This document shows, in pieces, positions 1-10,618 of a stretch of DNA of 64,000 nt (position 1 is its first letter; each line of letters starts with the position of its first letter). The notes under the pieces were generated by a model that worked only from the letters and a program-made list of their open reading frames with translations, was not told the origin of the DNA and did not search any database. Origin of the DNA: Nitrospirota bacterium (GTDB lineage Bacteria > Nitrospirota > UBA9217). The DNA lies in NCBI GenBank assembly GCA_963818475.1, contig CAWFSF010000006.1, forward strand, positions 2,240,001 through 2,304,000. Reading direction: 5' to 3'. The position numbers and the translations under genes were made by a program.

Positions 1-725
1 TAGGACAGGCCGATCTTGAGCCTTGCTCCGGCAACCTTGTCGCTCTTGGGGTAGGTGTTGATAAGCAGGGCAAAGGCATCAATGGCCTTCTTGAATTCCT
101 TTAGTGAATAGTGGCATTCACCGATCCAGTACTGGGCATTATCTACCTGGCTCGCATCGGGAAACTGCTCGAGGTAGTTCTGGAACCCGGCAATCGCAAG
201 TTCGAAGTTGCCTTTATCGTAGTCGCTCTTGGCCTGACGGTACGCTTCGGAAGGCTCGATCCTGACTGCAGGCCGCTGATCCTTTACCGTTGCTGAAGAC
301 GCAGAGGACACAGCACCGGTTGCCTGCGCCTTCACCCTGGTGTCAAGGTCGTCAACGCGCGCCGCAAGCTCTGAGATCTTAAAGCCGCGATCATCGATCT
401 TCTGCGCAAGGTCGGAAATACGGTAATTGTTCTCCTCCAACTTGCCCTGGATCAGCTGGATGTCGGTGGAGAGCTGGTCAGAGCGGGCGCCAGCATCGGC
501 TACGGCCTTCTCCATGTCGCTCGCGCTCTTTGCAGACCTTTCCGCGGCCTCTTGCCGCTTTTCGAGGGCAGCCAGCCGCTTCTGCAGGTCCTGCACCGTT
601 GACTCAATTGCCCTGGTGCCGGTCCGGACATCGGAGAGCTCGGAGCGGGTCTTCACAAGCTCCGCCTGCGGCGCACAAGCTGCCACGAGAAGGAGAACGG
701 AGATGGTCACTGTTTTTTTTATCAT
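1..725 (-). CDS. cpoB: Tol-Pal system protein CpoB/YbgF (TPR), 3' end runs off the window
   Basis: Manual translation of the minus strand from ATG at 725: lipoprotein-like signal MIKKTVTISVLLLVAAC, a coiled-coil segment, then TPR-like YDKGNFELAIAGFQNYLEQFPDASQVDNAQYWIGECHY. Lies directly downstream of pal. Confidence 0.88.
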   Translation of the reverse strand, partial: MIKKTVTISVLLLVAACAPQAELVKTRSELSDVRTGTRAIESTVQDLQKRLAALEKRQEAAERSAKSASDMEKAVADAGARSDQLSTDIQLIQGKLEENNYRISDLAQKIDDRGFKISELAARVDDLDTRVKAQATGAVSSASSATVKDQRPAVRIEPSEAYRQAKSDYDKGNFELAIAGFQNYLEQFPDASQVDNAQYWIGECHYSLKEFKKAIDAFALLINTYPKSDKVAGARLKIGLS

Positions 726-739
726 AATGTCGTGAATAA

Positions 740-771
740 GCTCAAGCGGCGCTCTGCAGCGCCGCTTGAGC
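740..771 (-). terminator. Perfect 14-bp hairpin between pal and cpoB (weak terminator or mRNA-stabilising stem)
   Basis: GCTCAAGCGGCGCT-CTGC-AGCGCCGCTTGAGC, followed on the minus strand by TTATT only. Confidence 0.55.
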
Positions 772-791
772 GGTGGGTAGGTGTTACACTA

Positions 792-1385
792 TCACTGCGC
801 GACGAGTTCGCCCCGCCGGTTATTCTGCCAGCATTCTTCGGTCTGCTCGCTGCAGACCGGTTTTTCCTTGCCGTAACTGATGAGTGAAATCCGGCTCGAC
901 GCAATGCCGAGGTCCGTAAGATACTTCTTGGCTGCTGCGGCGCGCCGCTGACCGAGCGCCTGGTTGTACTCTATGGTGCCGCGCTCATCGCAGTTTCCTT
1001 CGATCTTGACCTTCGCGTTCGGGTTCGCCTTGAGCCATTCGGCATTGGCCTTCATCACCGGACGCGCATCATCGCGGATAAAGGAGCGGTCGAAGTCAAA
1101 ATAGATCGGCTTGAGACCGGCGCCGGCTAGTGCAGCAGCTGCGCGTTCTTTGGCCTCGGCCTCTTCGCGGGCCTTGGCTTCTGCAGCTGCACGCTCCCTT
1201 TCAGCCTGCGCCAGCGCTTCGGCCTTAGCGGCCTCTGATTGCTCAGGTGCAACCGTGGGTGCAGGCTGCGTTTCGGGCACGGACGTTACCTCAGCGCTCT
1301 TGGCGCAACCCCAGAGAACGAACATGCTTACGAGCAGGATGAGTGCAAATGATAAAACTGTGCTGATCTTTGAACGATTCTTCAT
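792..1385 (-). CDS. pal: Peptidoglycan-associated lipoprotein Pal (OmpA-like C-terminal domain)
   Basis: Lipobox LWGC; motifs IYFDFDRSFIR, IEGNCDERGTIEYNQALGQRRA, ISYGKEKP and NRR. SD GGAGG precedes the ATG at 1385. Confidence 0.95.
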   Translation of the reverse strand: MKNRSKISTVLSFALILLVSMFVLWGCAKSAEVTSVPETQPAPTVAPEQSEAAKAEALAQAERERAAAEAKAREEAEAKERAAAALAGAGLKPIYFDFDRSFIRDDARPVMKANAEWLKANPNAKVKIEGNCDERGTIEYNQALGQRRAAAAKKYLTDLGIASSRISLISYGKEKPVCSEQTEECWQNNRRGELVAQ

Positions 1386-1497
1386 GGTAATTCCTCCTTT
1401 TTTGAAAAGCAAGATTCATTCGACTCTTGTTTGGTTTTAAAACCATCTGAAACAATCTGTCCTGCTCGCTGCATGAACCTGTATAGGCATCGAAGGC

Positions 1498-1526
1498 AAC
1501 ATAGCATACTCCCAAAACCTTGTCAA
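1498..1526 (-). promoter_or_regulatory. Sigma70-type promoter for pal-cpoB
   Basis: Minus strand TTGACA-17 nt-TATGTT, with TGn immediately upstream of the -10 box. Confidence 0.6.
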
Positions 1527-1631
1527 CATTTCTTGGTTTTCAACAGGCCCCCTACCGATATACATCGAGTCAGGCAGTTTTTTTTTGTCGTTCACCTCTG
1601 CTCCGATAATTTAATTTGCGAAACTGGTTGC

Positions 1632-2141
1632 CTACCATCGGTTTTCGTGCACCCGCGAAGCATCGAAGCGGTCGCCTGCTTTTTTCTCTTCCGCGGGAAA
1701 ACCGAGGGGGATCAGGGAAAAGGGAATGACCTGTGCGGGAAGCTCAAGCAGTGCGCGCATATTCACCACACGGTCCGCCGTGGGGTACACGCCGCACCAG
1801 ACCGCACCAAGCCCCTTCGCATGGGCCGCAAGCAATATATTTTCGGTCGCTGCTGCGCAGTCGAGAACCCAGTATCCCTGGTGCTTTTCGATCGTCGGAT
1901 CGCCGCAGACCAGGATCGCAGCGGATGTGTGCTTCAGCATGGCGGCATAGGGATGGAACTTCGGGATCCCGTCGAGCAAGGCTCGGTCGGTCAGGACCAC
2001 GAAATGCCAGGGCCGTTCGTTCCCGGCCGAGGGCGCGCACATGGCAGCCTCCAGGACCTCCTGGATCAGTTCGCGCGAAACGTGCTTGGGGGTATACACC
2101 CTGATGCTTTTCCGGGTCAGGAGAGCGTTCATCGCGTCCAT
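1632..2141 (-). CDS. Nitroreductase family protein
   Basis: Motifs RKSIR, APSAGNERPWHF and NILLAAHAKGLGAVW. Confidence 0.92.
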   Translation of the reverse strand: MDAMNALLTRKSIRVYTPKHVSRELIQEVLEAAMCAPSAGNERPWHFVVLTDRALLDGIPKFHPYAAMLKHTSAAILVCGDPTIEKHQGYWVLDCAAATENILLAAHAKGLGAVWCGVYPTADRVVNMRALLELPAQVIPFSLIPLGFPAEEKKAGDRFDASRVHENRW

Positions 2142-2202
2142 CGTCGATACTCCTTTCGTTTCGTGAACCGTTTAAAACAGGAGGATTGCGCCGGCAGGAT
2201 CA

Positions 2203-3168
2203 TCAGCAGAACCTGCGATGCTGCCGAACCATGTCCTCCACACCCCGGTTGAAGTTCTCCTGCGGATCCCAACCGAGAAGCTCTTTCGCCCTGGCAGGAT
2301 CGAACAGGAGGTCAGAGGTCAGGTAGCGTACATACTTGTTCAGGCCGAGCTTCACGCCGAGGGGGCCGAGGAAAAGGTCAACGAAGCGCCCGCCCCCCAG
2401 CATCAGCTGCGACGGCAAGGGAAGGATCCGGAACCGTTTATTCGACGCCTCGGCAATCGCCTTGAAAAAATCGAACCAGCTGTGGAGCAGGCCATCGGTG
2501 ATGTTAAAGACCTGGCATATGGCGTGGGGGTTTGTGCCCGCAAGACAGATTGCCGCAGCAAGATCATTTACGTGTACGAAGGGAGCAGCATGCATGCCGT
2601 TGCCGATGTACGGAAAGCCGATAGGGCCCAGGCGCTGCACCGACGATACCAGGCTTTCGAGATAGCGTGAACCCGGCCCGTAGACCATTCCGGGCCTGAT
2701 GATAACCGATGCGGCATGGGACTGGTCGGCAAGGATCTTCTCGCAGGTCCGCTTGTACCAGGTGTAATGGTCATCCAGCTCCACTGCAGGCTTCGTCTCC
2801 TCCGTAGCCGGCACCTGCGAAGGGATGCCGGCAACGCTTAAGGAACTGATGAACACGATCCGTTCTATGCCTGCCTGCGAGAGCTCGTCCACGACCCACT
2901 CCAGTGCCCGCACGTTCAATTCGGCCGCATGGCGCGACGTGTTCCGGATCTCGCCGATGTGGTACACCACATCCATGCCTTCCATGGCATCGAGGAGCGA
3001 GGCCGGATCGCCCAGGTCTCCGCGATACAGCGTCACCCCTTTGCCCTGGAGGCGGCGCGGGAGTTCCCGCTGCCTCGAAAAAAGCCGAACGATCTGTCCC
3101 TGCTTCAGAAGAAGATCGACGACCCGACTGCCGATAAATCCGGTACCGCCGGTTACCAGGGCTCTCAT
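2203..3168 (-). CDS. NAD-dependent epimerase/dehydratase (extended SDR)
   Basis: N-terminal LVTGGTGFIG, YxxxK (YTWYK) and IIRPGMVYGPG. Confidence 0.88.
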   Translation of the reverse strand: MRALVTGGTGFIGSRVVDLLLKQGQIVRLFSRQRELPRRLQGKGVTLYRGDLGDPASLLDAMEGMDVVYHIGEIRNTSRHAAELNVRALEWVVDELSQAGIERIVFISSLSVAGIPSQVPATEETKPAVELDDHYTWYKRTCEKILADQSHAASVIIRPGMVYGPGSRYLESLVSSVQRLGPIGFPYIGNGMHAAPFVHVNDLAAAICLAGTNPHAICQVFNITDGLLHSWFDFFKAIAEASNKRFRILPLPSQLMLGGGRFVDLFLGPLGVKLGLNKYVRYLTSDLLFDPARAKELLGWDPQENFNRGVEDMVRQHRRFC

Positions 3169-3605
3169 ATGCCGACTCCCCGCAGGCATGGAACAACAAC
3201 CTACCGTTTACCAGGGCCAAACAGAGGTTCACCACGCGTTCTCTTCATGTTCCGGGCACAACACCGCATCACTGAAGTACTGCGCGTCATCAGTGAGATG
3301 ATAGTGTTAATCATAGCATATGACACCGGCTTGTCGCGCCGCAATTCATGTTTCCTGATGTGCGCGAAAACGCCGGATGTACGATGTAAGGATAGTGGAG
3401 AACTACGTGAGGAAACCCTCTGCCCACGGATTTCCGATCAGGAACAAATTAGCATCACCAAGTATATTGCACTGATAAGATGGAGGGATTTAGGCAAGGC
3501 TGTAGTGCGATCAGGAAGATTCGTATTGAAAACGTGCAGAACATTCCGGCAGAGAACACGGGGAGTTTGAGCACCACCAGGATGATCAGACATCAGACCA
3601 TCAGT

Positions 3606-4540
3606 TCAAAACCGATCTGCACGCTGTTTGGTCAGTGTCCGCAGTTTCTGCAGCGCCTGCGTCTCGATCTGTCTGACCCGCTCCCGGGTGATCCCGAACA
3701 TTTTTCCGATGAAATCAAGGGTCTTGGGCTCGCCGTCACCCAGGCCGAACCGCAATTCGAGGACCTTTCGTTCGTTCTCGGAGATCTCGGTAAGCCATTC
3801 ATCGATCTGCTGGCGTCGCTGCAGGTCGTCAGAATGCGTTGATGGTGACGGCCGGTTCTCATCATGCAGCACGTCCTTCAGCGTATCCTCTTCCTGCTCG
3901 CCGATCAGCATGTCCAGCGAGAAGGTTTCCCGCACCACCTGGGAAATGCCCCGCATCTTGTCAACGCTCATCCCCAGCGTTTCGGCGATCTCTTCAATCA
4001 TCGGATCTCTGCCCAGATCCTGCGTCAGCCGGCGAACGGCGCGTTTGTACTGGTTCACGGACTCAGCTACATGTATCGGCAGCCTGATGGTCCTCACCTG
4101 GTTCACGATAGCACGCTCAATGGATTGCTTGATCCACCACGAAGCATAGGTGCTGAACTTGAATCCCCGTTCGTACTGGAATTTTTCGACGGCCCTGATG
4201 AGGCCGAGGTTTCCTTCTTCGATAATGTCCGAGAAGGGAAGGCCGCGGTTGATATATTTTTTGCCGATGGCGACAACGAGCCGCAGGTTCGCTTCGATCA
4301 TTCTGGCCCGTGCTTCCAGATCCCCCTCGGCGACCCGCTTGCCCAGTTCCTGCTCTTGGGCGAACGTCAGAAGGGGCGTCTTTCTGATCTCCTTCAGGTA
4401 ATACTTGACCACATCGAGCGTCTTCGGCGCAGGCGCTGCTTCTCCATCCTCTGATGGCTCCGTCTGCCGGTCTCCTGCTGCTCGGCATCGTAGTGTTCGG
4501 CCACCATCAGGCTGTCAACGGGCTTGTTCCATGTACTCAC
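3606..4540 (-). CDS. RNA polymerase sigma factor, RpoD/RpoS-like (group 2); probable indel near 4460-4500
   Basis: Region 1.2 YYLKEIRKTPLLT, region 2 NLRLVV...EEGNLGLIRAVEKF...FSTYASWWIKQ and region 4 ITRERVRQIE. The GTG at 4540 has an SD but is out of frame with the body of the gene. Confidence 0.88.
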
Positions 4541-4633
4541 AATGACCTCCTTGAGCAGAGAATCCATGCTCCGGGCAATCCCGGATCATATTTGCGATGA
4601 CGCAGGGCCGCTGATTGCCGGCTCATCCGGCAT

Positions 4634-5023
4634 TCAGCATGCCTGCGCCTGTGCGAGATCGACATTCAGCTCATTTAAAATGAACTGCGCTATTTTTTCA
4701 AAGTTAAACGGTTTGAGGATGCAATGCCGTGCGCCCAGTAACCGCGCACGCCGTTCAACCGAGGGGCAGGTATCGCTGGTCATCACGTACATCGGGACAT
4801 GGGGGCAATGCCTCTTTGCACGTTCCATAAGCTCATACCCGTCCATCCCCGGCATCCGCAGATCCGTCAGCAGAAGATCAACCGGCACTGACTCCAGCAC
4901 TTTCATCGCCTTCATACCGTTTTCGGCGGTCATGATCAGGCAGTTGCGCAGCTTTGCCCGAAGCTGCATGGTCAGCCCGTCGCGCAGATATTTATTTTCA
5001 TCAACAATTAATATTTTTCTCAT
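4634..5023 (-). CDS. Single-domain response regulator (receiver)
   Basis: KILIVDEN...LLLTDLRMPGMDG...MTS...ILKPF. Confidence 0.88.
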   Translation of the reverse strand: MRKILIVDENKYLRDGLTMQLRAKLRNCLIMTAENGMKAMKVLESVPVDLLLTDLRMPGMDGYELMERAKRHCPHVPMYVMTSDTCPSVERRARLLGARHCILKPFNFEKIAQFILNELNVDLAQAQAC

Positions 5024-5519
5024 ACACCCCGCCTGTGCCGTCAAGAGCGTTCCGCATCGTATCGTGCAATTGCTCCAGGGTGAACGGTTTCGGGAGCATC
5101 CCTTTGAAACCAAAAGCACTGAAATTCAGCGCGACCGGGTCCGTAATGTCGCCGGTCGCAAGAATGGCCCGGACATCGGGATCGAATGCAAGCAGTTCTT
5201 TCATCGCTTCTTTGCCATTTTTGCCCTGCGGTACGTGCAGATCAAGGACCACGGCGTCGAAGGGGTATCCGCAGTCCCTTGCCTTCACGTAGCTGCTGAC
5301 CGCTTCATCGCCGTTGTCGGTCCCATAGGTCCGGTAGCCGTTCGACTCAAGCATGCGGCATATGACCTGACGCGTGATCGCGTCATCATCCATAACGAGC
5401 ACCCACGTATTCTTCCTCGGACTTTCCTTTTGAGTCCGCAGACCAGGAACGGGTGTCGGTCCAGATGTTTTTTTATGCGTACTTGAAAGCGCCATTATAT
5501 GCCTCCCCATGGCAACCAA
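5001..5519 (-). CDS. Single-domain response regulator (receiver)
   Basis: VLVMDDD...AVVLDLHVPQG...ATG...LPKPF. Confidence 0.85.
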   Translation of the reverse strand: MVAMGRHIMALSSTHKKTSGPTPVPGLRTQKESPRKNTWVLVMDDDAITRQVICRMLESNGYRTYGTDNGDEAVSSYVKARDCGYPFDAVVLDLHVPQGKNGKEAMKELLAFDPDVRAILATGDITDPVALNFSAFGFKGMLPKPFTLEQLHDTMRNALDGTGGVYEKNINC

Positions 5520-5621
5520 CGAAGTAACGGGATATCCCTCTCGTTACCACGCATGGTAAAATCGTGAATCATGCAGAAGCGCCATGAGTTTAGAATATAG
5601 CGATTAAGAATGCGGAAGCAT

Positions 5622-5661
5622 ATAGGTATCTGTCTGATAATTAAGTAGGTGTTTGTCCTAC
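5622..5661. promoter_or_regulatory. Two tandem 17-bp boxes, candidate response-regulator binding sites
   Basis: ATAGGTATCTGTCTGAT (5622-5638) and GTAGGTGTTTGTCCTAC (5645-5661); the second is a GTAGG-N7-CCTAC palindrome. The boxes are 23 bp apart. Confidence 0.45.
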
Positions 5662-5936
5662 AAGAATATGCGCGGTTGTGTTGAATCTGGAAAGACCCTG
5701 CACCTAAATGAAGTTTCAGCAGACATTCTGTGCGATGAATGCAGTGGAGACCGATAGTGGAAGGTAATACAATAGACTTATGATCTGTTCATGTTGGCCA
5801 GGGTGAAAATACTGAAGCGCTTGATGCTGAGAAGAGCATTTGGACGGGGGAAATCGGGAACGATGGGGAGGTGTTGCCGGCATTCCGTTTCATGTCTCGA
5901 AGTTTAAAGAAAGGGGTTGGCGCGGACAGGAAAGGG

Positions 5937-6569
5937 CTAGGACACGAGACTGTTCTGGAGCGCGTAGCGCGTTATCTCGGAATTGGTCTTCATGTGCATT
6001 TTGGCAAGGATGCGGGTCCGATAAGTGCTGATGGTCTTGACGCTCAGCGAAAGCTCCCGGCCAATATCCTTCACTGCTTTGCCCGAAGCGATCATGCACA
6101 TGATCTGGTATTCGCGATCGGAAAGCGACTCATGGGGCGATTGGTCAGTCTTGCGGTCGAACGTGAGGGCCATGCTCTCCGCCAGGGAGGCGCTGACATA
6201 CCTGCCCCCTCTGCATACCTTCCGGATGGCTGAGATCAGTTCGTCAGGCGCGCTCTCCTTGGTCAGATAACCCGAGGCGCCTGACCGCAATGCGCGAACA
6301 GCGTATTGCTCTTCCGGATACATGCTGAGCATCAGCACCGGAAGACGGGGCTGAAGATTTTTCAGCTCCTTCAGCACGTCAAGGCCGCTCCGGCCGGGCA
6401 TCGATATATCGAGCAGCACCACGTCGAAGGGCTGTTTCTGCACCTTGGCCAGGGCGTCGGCGCCGTTCGCCGCCTCACCGGCGACCTGCATATCGTCGAT
6501 GTCCGCGAGGATCTGCTTCATGCCCTCACGAACAATGCTGTGATCGTCCACAATAAGAATCCTGATCAT
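5937..6569 (-). CDS. NarL/LuxR-family DNA-binding response regulator
   Basis: Receiver IRILIVDDH...LLDISMPG plus LuxR HTH LSDREYQIM...LSLSVKTISTYRTRI. Confidence 0.94.
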   Translation of the reverse strand: MIRILIVDDHSIVREGMKQILADIDDMQVAGEAANGADALAKVQKQPFDVVLLDISMPGRSGLDVLKELKNLQPRLPVLMLSMYPEEQYAVRALRSGASGYLTKESAPDELISAIRKVCRGGRYVSASLAESMALTFDRKTDQSPHESLSDREYQIMCMIASGKAVKDIGRELSLSVKTISTYRTRILAKMHMKTNSEITRYALQNSLVS

Positions 6570-6655
6570 CGCCAATCTCCTCGTCGCCTGAAAGCATAAT
6601 ATCATTCTTCCTTCTTTTTTTTTTGCATCATGCCCGCGCCGCGTCGCCTGTCCTG

Positions 6656-9600
6656 TCAAGGTGCGGCCGCCGCATTGTCGAGAGGGATCCGGATGGTGAT
6701 CGACGTTCCTTCGATCGGTTCTCCACTGCGGATATCGACGTCGCCGTTAAAGAACAGGACCCGCTCCCTGATACCCATGAGGCCGAAAGACCGATGGTCC
6801 GCGCGCTGCTCCTGCGTGATCCCCTTCCCGTTGTCCTGTATCTGGAGCGTGACCTGTCCGTCAGTTTTCCTGAGCGAAACCAGGATCTTCGATGCCTCGG
6901 CGTGGCGGATCACGTTCGTCAATGCTTCCTGCAGGATCCTGAAAAGGGCGGTCGAGCGGTCACGATCCACCATAAGGTCATCGGGCGTGATAACAAGCCG
7001 GCAGTCGATGCCGGTCCGCACCTTGAACTCTTTCATCTGCCATTCTACGGCCGCGGCCAGACCAAGATGATCGAGGATCGCCGGCCGCAGCTCCGAAGCG
7101 ATCCGCTTCACCGACGTGATCGACATGTCGATAAGGCCGACCATCGAGTCGATTTTTTTCAACAGCCCGACGTGATCGGCATACCGGTCATGCAGCCAGG
7201 ACAGGTCGAGTTTGATGGCCGTAAGCGACTGTCCCAACTCATCGTGGATCTCCCGGGCGATATCCTCCCGCTCCCGCTCGAGCACAGACTGGAGGTGCAG
7301 GGAGAGGTTACGCAACTGCTCCCGCGATTGCACCAGTTCGTCCTCTGCAACCATCCGTTCCTCGATCTCGGTCTGCAGCAGGCGATTGGCCGTTGCAAGT
7401 TCTGCCGTCCGCTCCAAAACACGTTTTTCCAGTTCATCGTACGCCTGCTGCAGTGCTGTTTTGGTCCGCTCCAGTTCAGTAATGTCATGCCAGACAACGA
7501 TCGCCCCTTGCAGAACTCCGTTCGAATAGAAAGGCGCAGCCGATACATGTCCGATGATATCTCTTCCCTGAATGTCACAAATAAGCAAAGACTCACTGAC
7601 GATCGTCTCGCCGTCAAGCGCCCGTGCCGCAGGATGCCAGTCCGGGGCCAGCAGGCTCCCGTCACGGCTCCTCATCTGCAGAATCGTTTTTTTGCTTGCG
7701 ATGTCGATCAAAAAGGGGTCAAAACCCTGCAGAGAATAGGCTGCCCGATTGGCATGTACGATCTCGCCGGAATTGTTGTAAATGACGACCGGTTCCGTGA
7801 GGGTCGCGAAGATCGCCGCCAGCTCGTCTGCGCGCTGCTCCGCCACGACCCGCATCCGGTCGACCGTGTTGAGTATGGCTTCGCGTTCAAGCTCCGCCTG
7901 CTTGCGTTCGGTCAGGTCCAGCACGAACGATATGCGCAGCAGCGGATCTTTCCTGATCAGCGTCGAACCGATGAGGACCGGAATGCGGCTTCCATCGCGC
8001 CGCAGATATTCCTTCTCATGAGGCGTGCAGGCACCTTCGGTCAGCAGCTGCTGCACCTTTTGCATTTCCTGGTCTGCATATTCCGGGGGTGTCATGCGTC
8101 GCCACAGCAGCTTTCCCTGCTTCGAGGTCGGAGCGGCTGTACCCGGTCATGGCAAGAAAAATATCGTTGGCAACCAGCACCTTTTCGTCGTCCATGGTGA
8201 TGATGCCGATGATATTGGAGTCCACCAGGCGACGGAACACGGCCTGGTTTTCCTTGAGCGCCTGTTCTGCCTTCCTGCGCTCCGCAATGGTCCAGATCGC
8301 GTCCATCATTAAGCGCAGCTGCCGCACATCCAGGTCCGTGTACGGATCGTTCTTGTTCGCCACACCCACCACCGCGACGATCCGCTGCTGCAAAATGACC
8401 GGCAGCGTCATGCATCGAATAAGGGGAGCACGGCCGAGGGGATACGCATTCTGAAGCGGGTGGGTCGCCGTAAAATCGTTGATCACGATGGGCCTGCGCT
8501 GGCGTACGGCATCGCCCCAGATACCGGTCTGAGCCAGCGGATACACCGTGGCAGGGGTGGCAATAGTGGAGTTCTTCGACCACGCATACGGCATAAACTC
8601 TTCCGTGTCCTCGTTGTAGAGGTAGATATAGCCCAGTTTGCTGCCCGACAGGGCGACCACTCCTTCGAGAGCGAATTCCACCAGCTCCTGCAGCGAACTC
8701 GCTTCATGCTGCGAGATCGCCATCAGGCTCTGGAGCCGGAGATCGTCGACCCTGCGCTCATCATCCATCCGTGCTGCGCCAGGTGTTATCGCGCACGATG
8801 TCACGGGAGCCGATGACCTCGCCGTACGCCTCGATGGCCGACGAGCTCACTTCCACATCGATCAGTCGTCCGTCCCGGGTCTTCATGATGCCGATGAACT
8901 TCTCATAGCTCCCCTCGGTGTCGAGCTTCCGCAGCGTTTCCAGGGAACGAAACGCCTGGTCCGGGGGGATGACGTCGAAGATCGACATACCGATCAGTTC
9001 CTCACGCGTGTATCCCAGGAGCTCCACGGCCTTGCGGTTCACGTCGCGGTAGACGTATTCCGCGTCAACGATGAAGATCGCATCATTGGCATGCTCAAAG
9101 AGGTCGCGGTATTTCCCCTCCGACAGCTTAAGCGCCTCCTCGATCCGCTTGTGCGCCGTAATGTCCTCCACCATGGCCAGGTGCTGACGGGGGCCGCTCC
9201 CCTCGACCCAGTATTCACCCCACATGGGCACCACGGTCAGGTGGACCCATACCACGGCCCCGTCCTTGCGTACATAGCGCTTTTCCATGGTGAAATGCCG
9301 GCTCTTTCCCTCCAGCAGCCGGTCCATGTTTTCCTGGTCGTTCTGAAGATCATCCTTATGGGTGATGTCCCGGAAACTGAGCTGCAGCATCTCCTGCTGA
9401 TCGTACCCGGTGATGTCGCAGTACTTGGGGTTGACCTGCAGAAATCTGCCGGTGAGGGAGTCGAGCAGGGCAATGCCGACCGGCGAGCGCTCATAGATCG
9501 CCCGGAAGCGGCTTTCGCTCTCGCGCAGCTCCTCCTCTTTCTGCCTGAGCGTGCGATCCTGACGCGCCAGGGGTTCATCGAACCCGGAGAGGATGACGGC

Positions 9601-10323
9601 CCGGTACAGCAGGTACCAGGACAGCAACCGGACGCAGTGCCTGATAAAATCTGAGGAACTGATCGAGATTTCATCGAAGGCAGTCAACAAGGCTGCAACC
9701 GCCGAGGTGAGCAGGGCTGCAGTCAGGAGGTGAAACACCCTGATTTTGAAAATCCGGTCTTTTTGCAGCAGATTGATGATAGTAGCCTGATAGAGCAGAG
9801 CAATGCCGATTCCACCGGCATGCAGGAACATGGTGGGTTTGCCGTCGTCCGTGTAGCTGGGCGGGAACAACGGAAGGAACGCCGCACCAAGCAGCAGCGC
9901 CGTGACCGCAGCAAAGACCGCGCCGGTCTTCGCAGGGGACCCTTTCCGGCCGAGAAAGAAGGACGCAGCAAGCAGGGAAATGCTCTGGACCGCCATGGAC
10001 CCGAGCAAAAGCCGCGGCCCGAGATCGATCCCGAACTCCGGAAACATGCTTACGCCCTCGGTTAGTGCGTGGAACAGATAGAGGAGGGCGGAGGAGAGGC
10101 TGCCGTACCCGATAACCAGAAGAAAGGCATCCTCCTGCAACCGCCGCGTATTCCATGCAAAGATAAAGATGCTGAAAGACAGGAGGATGGTGAGCGCCTT
10201 GATGAGGCTGAAGGACAGCAGAAAACTGAAAAGGCTGGCGAGGTACAGTCCGAGCAGGACGGCGGCGACTGACGCCGGTTCCGCATATTTTCTTGCTGGA
10301 CCTATGGTTCGAGCAGAGAACAT
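6656..10323 (-). CDS. Membrane sensor histidine kinase, MASE3-like TM-PAS-PAS-GAF-PAS-PAS-HisKA_3-HATPase; split by two probable indels (~8780, ~8095)
   Basis: Three overlapping ORFs (8761-10455, 8016-8804, 6656-8095) join as continuous domains. HisKA_3 motif IAREIHDELGQ; ATPase motifs QEALTNVIRHA and DNGKG. Adjacent to the NarL-type regulator. Confidence 0.8.
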
Positions 10324-10618
10324 CGCACTCCTGTTACTGGACGGAAAATGCAGCAAAACTCCATTGTCCGGCAAGGCATTGCCAGCCTGACCCTTCTGGC
10401 CGAAGCTCCCGCAGTGGGAAACACTTCGATCATACCGGATGCTCCCTGCTACCATGGCATATCAAACCGGCGTAATGCTGCGGGAGCAGGCTATAATATA
10501 ACATGGATTATTGCAGAAAACAGGAGTAAATTTCATGGAAATATGATTTATTTTTTGCACTCCCGTCTGCGCCGGGTTACTCCATTTACCTGAGCGACCC
10601 GCTCCGGGAGGTGGGCGG

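Noticed and set aside
3584-3605. ATCAGAC x2 heptamer after the sigma gene
   Set aside because: Very short, and may be partly coding if the sigma C-terminus is frameshifted (alternative ending QIGFELMV-stop).
8016-10455. Stand-alone MASE3-PAS and GAF-PAS genes
   Set aside because: The reading frames overlap at or within domain junctions and join into one kinase with single indels.
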